Assembly: GCA_964016885.1 (NCBI GenBank)
Contig: OZ024741.1
Location: forward strand, 379,874,001-379,938,000
Length of the DNA: 64,000 bases
Direction of reading: 5' to 3'
Source of the DNA: Eledone cirrhosa
Taxonomy: Eukaryota
The notes beneath the pieces were generated by a model that had not been told where the DNA came from, did not search any database, and was given only the letters and a program-made list of their open reading frames with translations. Shown here one piece after another: positions 1 to 12,955 of this stretch (its first letter is position 1; every line of letters begins with the position of its first letter). Both the position numbers and the translations under genes were made by a program.

Positions 1-94
<94 letters not shown>

Positions 95-104
95 GAGAGA
101 GAGA
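1..104. repeat. (TA)n/(GA)n compound microsatellite
   Basis: Seen directly. Confidence 0.95.
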
Positions 105-1938
105 GGTGGTAGCACAACAGTTAGTTCACCATACCGAGAAAAATTGTTTCACCTTAGCGGATCTTCAGCTCGTAATGGACAGGGTTATACGGAACAAGAA
201 GGACAACCATACGAACGCGCATGCGTAGAAACGATCACTTCACACAGGCATTACTAAAATGCGTGCGAGAGGTGTAAGAGAGATTACTGCGAAAGTCCGA
301 AAAGTTTCTAGTTGATAAGAAAATTAAGATGTTATTGTAATTCAATCCAGAGCTTTGTAGTTAGCAATGAGGTATTTCGAGATGTGTGGACAACGTGTGA
401 AGAAGTCATTTCTCGTGTATAGGCAATCGCTATTGAATAATCTCATTAGAATATGTATTCGTTCAACAATAGATAGTCCACACGATGTATTTCCCCTTGC
501 GTATGGCTTGGACTTAGTGATCGCTTTCCATTGAATGGAGTAGTCTATACTTGAGGGACGATATGTGAGTCACGAGTTTCGTGGTTGAACGTCTGTCAGG
601 GTACCTAAAGGTCGACTGGTGGTTCAGGAAGCGTACATTAAAACGGCCCTCCGCCATACCCACATAGGATTTGACATCCTTTGGTTGATTTGGTCGTTTG
701 GAAGTGACCAGAGGTTCATAAACTACAGCGTGTGTCGGCAAGAGAACCCTGGTGGGGTGTTGCACTTATGGCTGTTGGTGATGTGGCTCTTCATCTTCTT
801 AGCGCAGGTGTATCCTAGTTTTATTTATGTCGGTTAAAGATGGAACGGTATTTATGACCTATGCGAAAGTGTCTATGAAAGAGGGCTAGAAATTGTTTGC
901 ATATATTGGTTTTAACGTTTAGTGAGAAGGGAGGAGAGAACCAGATAGTTTGTCTATTGTTACGCTTCTTTTCTTATTGCTGCTGTTGATAGTGGGAGAG
1001 TAAGTGATAGGTTGTGAGAAGCAGCTATTAGCTAACGCCGTGTTATAGTATGGTGCCGTCCTATCAAAGATAGCCTTATTAGAGAAGCGGTTTGAGATAC
1101 TAGTACTGATATTATTTACGAAGTTTCTAAAACAGTGGGAGGGTGGCATGAGTCCTTGTGAATGTAATTGAGTTTTTCGTTTAGCTTATGGAAGGGTCTG
1201 TAGGTGTGTATGCGAAGGTTTAAATTAATGTCTGAGAAATCTACGCTAGACAGGTTGGTAGCTACTGTTATCCTTTGTCCTAACCCATTGAAGGTAGAAG
1301 CTAAGTCTTTTTTTAAACCGATCGAGGTCGTGACCACTTTTATGGCTAGATAAGATCAGTCCATCATCGCGGTATATTCCCGTGTGGAAGTCCGGGAATC
1401 TAACACGTAATATGTCTACAATAAATAAGCCAACCAAATTGCATACGTCAGCACTGTCAAACGATCCCATGGGGACGTCGAATAGGTTTGAAGTTGTTGA
1501 CTTCTTTGCTCAGGCTAGTTCGTCGTTGAAGAGGAGGGTTTTCTGGCAGTGAGATTGCCGAAACACGAGAAATGAATTCTTCACACGTTGTCCACACGTC
1601 TCGAAACACCTCTTACGTAACTACAAAGCTCCGGATTGAATTTCAACATCCTAATTTTCTCATCAACTAGAAACTTTTCGGCCTTTCACAGTTGTCTCCC
1701 TTACACATCTCGCACGCATTTTAGTATTGTATGTGTGAAGTGATCGTTTCTACTAATGCGCGTTCGTACGGTTGTCCTTCCTGTTCCATATAACATGTCC
1801 ATTACGAGCTGAAGATCCACTAATATGAAACAATATTTCTCGATATGTTGAACTAACTGTTGTATAACCACTTCTACCTAACTCGTCCCATGGGCTGAGT
1901 GCTCTACCACTACGGACATTACCTTCCAGTGTTCTACC

Positions 1939-1943
<5 letters not shown>
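105..1943 (-). mobile_element. 5'-truncated, decayed Penelope-like element with inverted copy of its 3' end and a tail
   Basis: Minus-strand fragments MGSFDSADVCNLVGLFI...GIYRDDGL (PLE RT) and YVGMAEGRFNVRFLNHQSTF (GIY-YIG). 105-428 is the reverse complement of 1553-1875. Unpaired tail 1876-1943, then (TA)n. Confidence 0.85.
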
Positions 1944-1966
<23 letters not shown>

Positions 1967-1975
<9 letters not shown>

Positions 1976-2389
1976 AGATCAAAAGATGGTTAAAGGAGTT
2001 CCATGTATTTTATTATGCGCATTTCAAAAACAAACATCATCATGCAATAATATTTGTGTTTTCATCAGATAAAACAGGAGAACATGATATGAAGGCTAAA
2101 CAACACTTGTGGATAGTGCAGTTTTAAATCAACATATGTTGATTTAAAACTGCACTATCCACAAGTGTTTTTTAGCCTTCATATCATGTTCTACTGTTTT
2201 ATCTGATGAAAACACAAATATTATTGCATGATGATGTTTGTTTTTGAAATGCGCATAATAAAATACATGGAACTCCTTTAACCATCTTTTGATCTTATAT
2301 TATGTATACTCCAGTCCTACAAACTGTAGAGTGCTTCTCATCCGATATCTGCATTGCTTTACTGTACTACAATAAAACTCACCTCCTAC

Positions 2390-2392
<3 letters not shown>
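1967..2392 (+). mobile_element. Non-coding palindromic element with HHR and tail, in (TA)n
   Basis: Near-perfect spacerless palindrome 1967-2304 centred on aacat|atgtt (2135/2136); tail 2305-2392 contains gagtgctt. Confidence 0.85.
2196..2264 (+). ncRNA. Minimal type I hammerhead ribozyme (mirror copy at 2007-2075 on the minus strand)
   Basis: gttttat-CTGATGA-imperfect stem II-GAAA-tgcgca-TA-ataaaat; palindromic stem III as in PLE-associated HHRs. Confidence 0.8.
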
Positions 2393-2484
<92 letters not shown>

Positions 2485-2486
<2 letters not shown>

Positions 2487-2769
2487 GGGTGTGTATGAGT
2501 GTGTATAGAAGATTATATTAACAAAAGGATTTCCAACTTTGTCTGATTTAGTCGTTTTATTTACAATCCTTTAAAATTATAATGGTATTAGAATGGAATA
2601 GTATGGTACAATATAAAATGTTAAGTGCTAATTTAATATGCGAAAGCATGGAAGTACTTGTTCAATTAACACTTAACATTTAATATTCTACTATACTATT
2701 TCATTCTAATACCATTATAATTTTAAAGGATTTTAAATAAAACGAGTAAATCAGACAAAGTTGGAATAC

Positions 2770-2775
<6 letters not shown>
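2485..2775 (-). mobile_element. Palindrome+tail element, same family as 51619-51870
   Basis: Arms ~2523-2635 and ~2663-2775; unpaired 2485-2522 matches 51840-51870 in reverse complement; partial HHR 3' half (atgc-gaaa-gcat-ggaa-gtac-tt-gttc) in the spacer. Confidence 0.75.
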
Positions 2776-2842
<67 letters not shown>

Positions 2843-3018
2843 ATAAATATAACTACATAAAAGGAGAAAGCTATTAGCGATATTCCGAACAATTTCCATG
2901 TCAGTGAACAAACATTAGGAAGTACCGGAGTATATTCTCAATTAAACGTTTGGAGTGCTAATTATATTGTATAGTGTGGATACTTGGCTGTACTATTTTA
3001 TATGAGATATATTAAAGA

Positions 3019-3049
<31 letters not shown>

Positions 3050-5692
3050 GTATACAAGAGAAAACAGGTAACAACTAAGAGAAGTATTGTATCCGGGTAT
3101 GTACGGCCGTTTCATTGGTAAGTGCAACCTTATATTGCTATACTGCAGATAGCAGCCACTCAATTATAATTGTTGTTCACGTCCAAATTTTCCAAATAGG
3201 GAGTAAGTTACTTTTGAAATAGTTCTTAATATATAGAGAAACACATTTTTTGGAATTGTATTTACTAGTATAGAGGGAGAGGAAGATGAATTAGAAAGTG
3301 AGGGGACAAACGGAATAGTATAGAGAGAGAGGAAGGGGGAGTAGAGTTAGGAAGTAGAGTGACAAACTGAGATCGAGGGATGGGTAGAGGTGGAAGGATT
3401 CATTGATCAGTTTTTATACGTAGACTTCATGTCGTCGATTGTAGTGAGTTAAGTGAATTAAATTGATGATAGTGGGAGGGATGGAGAGAGAGAGGGGGAG
3501 ATATAAAGAGATAGATATATACATAAAAAATAAAGTTAAAAATAATAATGATAAAAATAAAAGTAAAGAAGGGGGGAGAAAGAAGAAAAGATAGCCAAAA
3601 CGGGGAGGAAAGAAAGGAAGAAGACGAAAAAATAGAAGAGGAATGAAGGAGAAGGGAGGGATATAGGTATTGGTTTTTGCGAGTAATTAAAGGGATTAGA
3701 TACAATAAGAGGGTATAACGTCTAAGTATATGCAGTTTGTCAGTTAGTAGTAAGAGGTTAAGGGTTCGATTTGCACATGTAGTTCGAAAACCTTTTTTTT
3801 AGTCTATGGTTACAATAAATTGATCTTTCGATTTTATTGTTGAGTAACTTATTCTTCGAACTCAAAATGTGGAACAGCTCAAGGTCGCATAATCGACAGC
3901 TTCTAATACCACTCCGATATGGGGGTGCGTTCGATAATTGTTTCCACTTCAGGGTGGTTACTTTCCCTCAGTTGTCAGGTCTTGTTTGCAAGGATATTTA
4001 CATAACGATGCTGGGAATGTTTCATTGCCTAACGGTGTGTATACCAACGGGCTTTAAATGTATTCCCAGTTGCTCCGATGTAATACCATTTCTGGTTGTC
4101 TTATTCCACTGTGCATTGGTAAACCAGGTTAGACTGATTACATTCATTATGTAATGGACATGTTTCAGGTAGGTGGCAGTTACAATCCTTGTCATGGGCA
4201 ACTTTGGCATTATTGGTGGGCTGCGATGCCTGTACAAGTGTGTTACGTTTTGTTTGCCTATTAGTGGGTGGTTGTGTATTAGATATTCTGTTGTCTTCAA
4301 TGGTGATTGTATTGTTATTGTTATAAATGTGTGTTCTGGTGTTGTTATGTATCTTTTTAGCGTTAAGCATCTTAATGTGTGCCTCTATATTTGGTGCCGC
4401 GGAGTAAGATAGTGTAATAGATTTAGTGTTAAGGATTTTGTTGTATCTACGTGAATCTGGAAAGTGCTTATTTATTATTCTAAAGAAGGTAGAGGGTAGA
4501 TTAGTACTAATAGAGGTGTTAAATATAGGGTATACCATATATATTTTCTACTGCGTGACTTGTTTGATTTCGATGTTGTATTTCTATTTACCGTTTAATT
4601 TGTAGTTCTATGCGTAAATGCGTGTGTGCGTGTGTTTCTGGAGTTTGTGTTATGCGTGTTCGTATCCAGGTATTTACGACCGTTTCATTGGTAAGTGCAA
4701 CCTTATATTTCTATACTGCAAATACCAGCCATTCAATGATAATGTTTTTCACGTCATAATTTTCCAAATAGGGACTAAGTTACTCTTGAAATAGTTCTTA
4801 ATATATAGATAAAAAAATTTGGGGGAATTGTATTTACTAGTATAGAGAGAGAGGAAGATGAATTTGAAAGTGAGGGGACAAACGGAATAATATATAGAGA
4901 GAGAAATGGGGAGAAGAGTTAGGAAGTATAGTGATAAACTGAGATGGAGGGAGGAGTAGAGGTGGAAGGATTCATTGATCAGTTTTGATACGTATACTTC
5001 ATGTCGTCGATTGTAGTGAGTTGAAGAGAATTAAATTGAGCATAGTGGGAGGGAGGGGGAGAAAGGGGGGAAACATATAAAGAGATAAATATATATATAA
5101 CAAATAAAGATAAAAATAATAATGATAAAAATAAAAGTAAAGAAGGTGGATAAAGAAGAACAGAAAAGATAGCCAAAAAGGGCAGGGAAGAAAGGAAGAA
5201 CACGAAGAAATAGAAGAGGAATGAAGGAGAAGGGAGGGATATAGGTATTGGTTTTTGTGGGTAATTAAAGGGATTAGATACAATAAGAGGGTATAAAGTC
5301 TAAGTATATGCAGTTTGTCAGTTGGTAGTAAGAGGTTAAGGGTTTGATTTGCACATGTAGTTCGAAAACTTTTCTTTGAGTCTATGGTTACAATAAATTG
5401 ATCTTTTGATTTAATTGTTGAGTAACTTATTCTTCGAACTCAAAATGTGGAACAGCTCAAGGTCACATAATAGAGAGCATCTCATACCACTCTGATATAG
5501 GGGCGCAATCGATAGTCTTTTCCACTTCAGGGTGTATAGATGGTTACTTTCCCTCAGTTGTCAGGTCTTGTTTGCAAGGGTAGTTAGATAACGATGCTTG
5601 GAATGTTTCATTGCGTAACGGTGTGTATACCAACGGGCTTTAAATGTATACCCAGTCGCTCCGATGTAATACCATTTCTGGTTGTCTGGTTG
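3050..5692 (-). mobile_element. Internally deleted Penelope-like element with ~1 kb pseudo-LTR direct repeats
   Basis: Direct repeats ~3093-4095 and ~4665-5690. Between them is the PLE linker/Zn-finger region (KHFP...NTKSITLSYSAAPN...CNCHLPETCPLHNEC..LVYQC); the GIY-YIG end lies inside the repeats; ends in (TA)n. Confidence 0.85.
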
Positions 5693-8600
5693 TCTGAGTA
5701 ATTTGTTTTAATTTTATAATATTATAATATTTTGTGTTGGTGGATCTTGTAAGTTCTTTAACTTCGGTGGGAAGCATTTTAAAGATTCCTGGTTAACTTT
5801 CTTGGAGAACTTCCTCGCATTCGTCGGTGGCGATTGTCAAACTGAAATCAGGTTGTGTTGTGATGTGTGACTCAATATATAAGAGAGATTTGGATGTGCC
5901 TGAGGGGGGGGGGTGTTAATGGGTTTGGGATGGAAGGATTGTTGAGTAAGATTTAAAGGTACTAAAGCACACACAAACATACACACACATATATATATAT
6001 ATATATACATATATACACAGAAAATGGTGAAAGTTGACATCAAGTTATTGGGATTGGGACATTTTGAAAGAGTGTTTAAGAAAGGCGGTAAAAGTCCCCT
6101 CCTGCTGGTTCCATTTCAATAAATGACCTTTCATGAAAATAATGGCAGAATGTTTTTACAGCGAAGTCAACTCTCTTTAAATTATAAGGAATACCTTAAA
6201 AAATGTTATATATTACAGATGAATTTAGGTGTGTGTCTGGTGGTGGTGGTGGGGTTAATGGGTTATAAGATACATGTCTTTAGATAAGAATGGGATGACA
6301 GTAAAGAGAATAATAAGGATAGTTTTGGAATATTTGTCAGAAATCATTGTTGTTGATATCGGTTTGGGAGGGGAAATGTTGGGGGGGACATGCTAGCTCA
6401 CATATTCACTTCCCTATATGTAAATATAATTACAGCCCATATATATTACATACATACACACACACATACACACACGCACATACATACATACACATATATA
6501 CACACACATATATATATACACACATACACTGAGAGTTTTTTTTCTCTTCAACGATCGAATGTTTGAATGTACGGGTGTCATCAACTTCTATTTGGATATT
6601 TTCATTTTTCAATATTAGATTTTGTAAAGAAAAGAGAGAGGGGAGAGAATCCCGTTATTTGAAGATGGAATATCATTTTTGTGTGTGTGTGTTCAGTAGT
6701 GGTTTGTACCATCTAATAAAGAATTCTTCTTTATATTTTCGGAAATGTTCGCTTCCGACCATCTCTTAAAGAAGGGGAAACATTGTAAAATTTTCCTTTC
6801 AGCATGTTGCCAAGTGTTCCCTGCATGTGGTGTTTCTCGCAGAGGCGTCTCTAATTTCTTGTTTATGGACTCGAACTGTCATGTAGACCCGTTCCGGTTA
6901 CACCAATGTAGTATTATTTACATTGTGGGCAGGTTGCACAGTAAATCAGGTTTGGGGTTTTGCAATTTATGTTTGCATTAAATGTGAAAAACTCTTCAAA
7001 GTGTTCGCAGGTTCCGCATCGAGGGTCCCCGCATTTATCAACTTGCAGTGCTTTATTATTGGAGATAAAATTTGCCTTGGTGAGCAGTTTCTTTAGGCTG
7101 GGTTCTTGGCGTATTATTTGTGCATCTTTTATGTGTGCATTCAGTTCAGGGGACTGCTGGAGAATCGGGAGATATTGTTTAGCGGCTTTCACAATGTTGA
7201 TGTTCCGTGGATTTTGAGTGATGATAAAATCGATAACTGTTTTTTTCCATTTCATTTTGTTGCTTCGTTTTTCTGAGTGTTGTCACTGGGATGTTTTGGG
7301 CTTTGGAGATGGCTGTGTTGATGAGGTTCACCGGATATTCTTATCTTTTAAGGAATCATTTTAGTTCATATAATCTTTTTCCTGTAGTGTGGGGTGTGTT
7401 ACTATGGTGCAGATGCGTCTTACCATGTTAAAGGAAATGTTCCTTTTGGTATGTGAGGGGTGTGCTGATCGAACATTCAAATATTGATGTGTGTCTTTTG
7501 GTTTGTAAAATAAGTCTGTTTTGATATTTCCGCCTTCTTAAATGATAAGGATATCCAGAAACGTTAGTTCCTTTTTATTAAATTCCATAGTAAATTTTAT
7601 TTCTTCGTGAAGATTGTTTATTATGGAATGGAATCGTTGCAGGTCATCTTGGCTTCTATTCCAGAAGATGAAGCAGTAGTCTAGGTAATGTTTCCAGTTG
7701 TGATTAATGTAGGTGACGAAGTCATGACTGAATGTTTCCTGCAGTTTGGAATGTAATTTTGCCTGTAGGTGACCCATAACGAGTGTTGGATATGTTGGGG
7801 CCACTTTGGTGCCTATGGCCGTTCCTTTTATTTGTAAATACAGTTTGTTCTCAAAAATGAAGTGGCTGTTCTCCAGTACTAATTTGAGGCATTCCAAAAT
7901 AATTGTTCGGGGGAATCTCTCTGAAATGTAGTCTGGGTGTTTTGTAATTCAGAAGTTAACAGCTTCAATTCCTAAGTATTGTGAGATGTAAGTATATAAG
8001 CTTATTACGTCAAAGCTGACTAAGATTGTTTCTTGGTCCTTTCTGGGGATATAGTTCAGGAATTCCATATCATCTCTGATAAAGCTTGGCACTTTTTTTA
8101 CATAAGGTTTTCAGTATGATGTCTAATAGTTTGCTTAGGTGTTGTGTGCCAGAGGCTGGACCAGAAATAATAGGGCTTAATTTTAAATCTGTCGGATTTG
8201 GTACTTCCACATATGACGTATTTTGACTTTTACGCTGTTTTGGATTTATCTGGATTTGTGAACCTTCGGTAAACCATAGAAATAGCTGGTTTTCATTTTG
8301 AAGTTTGTTACGTAATTAATTTCTTTTAGCGTGGGGTTGTTTTGCAAATTGGTCGTCAGTTTGCCTACATTAATCATCGATTAAAGGTCATTTATTGAAA
8401 TGGAACCAACAGGAGGTGTCTTTTACAGCTTCTTTCTTAAGCACTCTTTCCAAAAGTTCCAACAGCACTCTCATCCCATTATCTTGATTTCAACCTTCAC
8501 CATATATGTAATATGTGTGTGTGTGGTGCGTGCGCGCATGTGTGTTTGTATGCTTTAATTCCTTTATATCTTCATCAACACTCCTTCACTTCCACACTCA

Positions 8601-8898
8601 TTAATACCACCCCCATCCCCACCCCAGACACATCCAAATCTCTCTTATATATAGAGTCACATATCACAACACAACCTGATCTCTGTTTGACAATAACCAC
8701 CGACGAATGTAAGAAAGTTCTACAAGAAAGTTAACCAGGAATCTTTAAAATTCTTCCCACCTAAGTTAACAAAGAACTAACTTGATCTACCAACTCATAA
8801 TATTATAATATTGTAAAATTAAATCAAATTATTTAGAACTAAAAGTGAATTCATTATTTTCCTTTTTAACAAATATACCTAACTGTACCAAGGATTTA
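5693..8898 (-). mobile_element. Decayed Neptune-like Penelope element with inverted 3'-end copy and tail
   Basis: RT motifs YLQIKGTAIGTKVAP and WKHYLDYCF; Cys linker KCGDPRCGTC..NCKTPNLIYCATCPQC. 5693-6131 is inverted at 8383-8838; tail 8839-8898, then (TA)n. Confidence 0.85.
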
Positions 8899-8915
8899 TA
8901 TATATATATATATAT

Positions 8916-9212
8916 TAAAGGTATATATTTAGTTCGGAACTCAAAATTGTCTCTTACAACAAAATAGCTCTAACAAAGAGATATTTCTGAGCCGTATATT
9001 ATAATAAAAGATAAAAGAAAAAACAAACACAGATGTATAGATATATGTGATCAATTCCTAAGGGAACTGATTCGCTAGGGTGAAAAGAACACTACCTATA
9101 GACAATTGGGTTCGCTTGTCTCAATTTATGAAAAAATTAAGAAAATAAATACAAACCGGAATTCTGGTAACACATATATCTATATATCTGTGTTCGTTTC
9201 TCTTGTATGCTC

Positions 9213-9218
<6 letters not shown>
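8916..9218 (-). mobile_element. Degenerate inverted-repeat+tail element
   Basis: ~9000-9050 inverted at ~9169-9218; 8920-9000 is homologous in reverse complement to 52985-53065. Confidence 0.6.
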
Positions 9219-9251
<33 letters not shown>

Positions 9252-9409
9252 GAATTGGTGCTCTGAAATACCGATGTATATATGAATGTATATATAGTAT
9301 ATTTGGCAATAAACTGTATTCCTAATTAAAAGCATTTTGAAGACGTTACGCTATTGATTTGCAGTAGTGACTATGTCACTTACTTCTTTTTTCAACAAAC
9401 GAAGGGAGA

Positions 9410-9457
9410 TAAGTTGACAGATCTCTGTTTCATACTGTTGGTATTCATCAGAGCTTA
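9410..9457 (-). ncRNA. Type I hammerhead ribozyme
   Basis: Minus strand taagct-CTGATGA-atac-caaca-gtat-GAAA-cag-agat-ctg-TC-aactta; one mismatch in stem I. Confidence 0.75.
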
Positions 9458-10129
9458 GCACTCGCCTTTGCGTGTGTGTGTATGTGTCTGTGTTTTATAA
9501 ATGTTGCATTCTTATAGCATTTCAGTAATAATCAGAACTGATTATACAGAGCGGTTGCTCTGTATATATGTATATAAATATATATGTATATATATATAAT
9601 CGTGTGTGTGTGTGTGGAGGCTAGTCAATTAGATAAGAAATATATACAGATAATTCCTTCCGTTCTTCGAAAGAATGTTTCTCGGCTTTATATGAATGTT
9701 CAATGCAAGGTATATGCCATAGTTATACTTACATTAAATTTATCTTAGTTCTTCTCGTATAAATTCTGTTATGTATAACTCTTTATTATTTTATTAACCG
9801 CCCAACGATTAGACTGGTTAAATTAGTTAATATTGATATGCATATAATTTAAGTGTAGCTCTCTTTGTTGCCACAAGAATCAGAGTACGAGTCATTTGGT
9901 TAATATACTATTCACCCTGGAACAAGTTAATGCAATATCATAAGCCGTTTGTGTATAAAGAGATTAACACAATGTTTTTCTCATTTGGATAAATCGCCTC
10001 AGTGAGGTATAACATCTTGTTATATGTAAATAAAATTGATGTAAGATGTAGTATATATTTTTTTATTCATATAGTGACACGCACACACACACAGACACAT
10101 ACACAGACACACACACACACACATACACA

Positions 10130-10160
<31 letters not shown>

Positions 10161-10182
10161 ATATATATATATATATTTATAC

Positions 10183-10282
<100 letters not shown>

Positions 10283-10641
10283 CTTCGGGGAAGAATTCTC
10301 ATAAAGAGAACTCGTGCCGCTGGTAAACGAAGGATTTCAATTACTATAGTATAGATTTTTCTTGTCACGTATATCTAAATGAAATGATTTACCATTGATA
10401 TCGATTTGCATATAAAGAGTCAGTACACTTTAACTATGAAAGCATGATTGCATCCTTTGTGACAACTGTGGGTTCTCTCGTGTTATCTTCCTCTCTCTTT
10501 TTATTTTGTTGTTTATACACAGTTCTCTTGTTATCTCACCCTTTTGAATTTTCTTTCTTTCCCTCTCTCATATTATCTTCTTTTCATGTCACTCTCCATT
10601 TCTCTTCTGTACGTATAACATTAACATTAACTAAACACCAT

Positions 10642-10682
<41 letters not shown>

Positions 10683-11063
10683 GTAGGTATGCATATTTAT
10701 TTATATACATATTTATTTATTTATTCTTATTAGGAATCAATAAAACCATATGACATACACTTTGGAAATATTTTAAGTATGCTGAATCACTTAATATAAC
10801 AAAATATATAATAATTCAAACAAAATAAATATGAAAATAAAATGTATATTTCGAATGATGAAAGTATTATATTATCATTGTGGTATGATGCAAACATATG
10901 GTAAATACATGTATAGTGCATTGCCTGCGCCCCCTCAAAGGCGAGAACAATAAAATAAGTATTATTTAAATATTTCAATTACATATATTCTATCATTCAT
11001 GCACTAAAAAAATGTGGTCTTTTGTCTATTATATACATACATCTATACATATATATAAAGAGA

Positions 11064-11146
<83 letters not shown>

Positions 11147-11367
11147 GTAAATAAATACCAGTGCATTTAGCTTCGCTAAGAAATTAGTCATAAAGGCTTT
11201 GCACACTAACCTTTATTTTAATGTTAATTAGATAAATAAGGGATACTAATTATATATACTACCAAAAGAACCGATCTCCCCGCGGTTTTCTGCTAGCATA
11301 TGTAGTGTTTATATTGGCATTAAATGCAAATATATATGATACATAAATTGAAAATAAATTGACAATA

Positions 11368-12050
11368 TCTTCTTCTTCGCCCACTTATTCCTGACAGGGT
11401 CGTGGAGGCAAATTCTTTCTCAAAAAAACACCTTCCAGCGTTTCTGTCAGAAGCAATCATCTCTAACTGATCTGGTTGGTTCCCAAAGTTTGACCAGCCA
11501 AGATGACGGATTTTATCCAACTATCTTGCTCAGGGTCGACCACTCCATCTTCTGCTAGCTGGCTGGCTGGCTGGCTGGCTGGTTTTGCCTGTAACATCTG
11601 TCAAACAATTCTTACCTCAGGCATTCTAACCACATGCCCATAGTATCGGAGCGGTGATCTCTCACTTCGGAGAAGTAGTGGCTCTAACTGGAGTGACTCG
11701 CTCATCTCTGAGCTACGCACTTTATTGAATAAATTTACTCCGAAGACCCTTTGGAGGAATCCCCTTTCGGCCACTTATATTCGCCATCGTATTCATTCTG
11801 TTATTACCCAAGATTCATGACCATAGTTAATGATTGACAGGAATACCGAATTGAAGATAGCAAGTTTGGCTTTTACACCTACCTTCTGATTACTGAATGC
11901 TGAAGCTGGCGCATTACTTCATCAGCTTTTGTAATTCTTGCATTTAATCCAGCCTCCTGCCTTCTATCACCCGTTAACCCCGATATACTTGAACTTCTCT
12001 ACCTGCTTCACTTTAATTCCATTCACATGTATATAAATTTGATCAACTTC
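11368..12050 (-). mobile_element. RTE-clade LINE 3' fragment
   Basis: Decayed YGHESWV...LRYYGHVVRM...IASDRNA C-terminal pattern; short (GAA)n tail at 11368. Confidence 0.7.
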
Positions 12051-12209
12051 TGTCCATCTGTCCGTCACATAAAGTGTGTAAAAGAAAAGAATAGGATACA
12101 CAAACAATATGACTCTAACTTTAAAACGGTGACATACACACACACAAACACGTCTCTAATTGAAAAATGCCAACCAAGTCATATACACAAAGTGTCCTAT
12201 TAACACTTA

Positions 12210-12640
12210 AGAGCATTGGCCCGGGCAAACATCCCCTAATTTTGAAAACTTCTGGGTTTATTCAGAATTGATGGGAAAAGACCTGACGGGCTTACCCTGT
12301 GCCTCTGGTCATGTGGCAGGTACCTTTTCTGGGACGTCACAGTTAGCGACTATTTTGCTTATTCCCACAACCTGGATACACCGGAAAAGGGCGAGAACTA
12401 CAGCGTCCACAGAGAACAAGATCCTAAAATACCGTGATCTGTCGGCTAACTACATTTTCCAGACCGTGGCGTTCGAGAGGTTTGGGGAGTCGGGCTACTG
12501 ACTACGAGGTTCCTATCATCAATGGCGGCATACCTAACAGAGTTAATTTGTGATACTCATGAGGGCGCTTGGCTGTTCCAGCGCACCAGCCTCTCCATCA
12601 TCCTAGGTAACGCCGCAAGCGTGATGGCATGCCAAAAAAA
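12210..12640 (+). mobile_element. CRE-like non-LTR retrotransposon REL endonuclease fragment
   Basis: Frameshifted DGKRPDGLTL..WDVTV..KYRDL..FQTVAFE..WLFQRTSLSIILGNAASV. Confidence 0.75.
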
Positions 12641-12862
12641 ATATTAGAGAGGTTTTGCAGTTCTCGGGATACTGTTATCTTTTAACCTGGTAGTTGCTCA
12701 TTTGTCCACCCCTTTCACCTGCCTTTTGTCCTATGTGGTCCTGGATGTGTGTATTACCTGCTTATATGTTTTTTTCTCTTTCTTTTTTCCTTTCACTTTC
12801 CTTTGTATATATTATATTCTTTCTGTTTTCGTTCTGTGAGCATATTATTTATTTTTTGTCCC

Positions 12863-12955
12863 ACCGAGGTTAACTTTGCCTTTCATCCTTCGCTACAATG
12901 AAGGACCAGCAATGCACTGGGATAATTGCTGCCCTTGTGACAAAAGTAGAAATAT
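12863..12955 (+). mobile_element. Truncated copy of the tRNA/Nin-domain SINE
   Basis: ccgaggttaactttgcctttcatcctt...ccttgtgacaaaagtagaaa matches 23824-23920. Confidence 0.75.

Noticed and set aside
1967-2304. MITE or foldback DNA transposon interpretation of the palindromes
   Set aside because: Asymmetric tail, HHR cores and homology of other members to PLE termini favour a retroelement origin; a TA TSD cannot be assessed inside (TA)n
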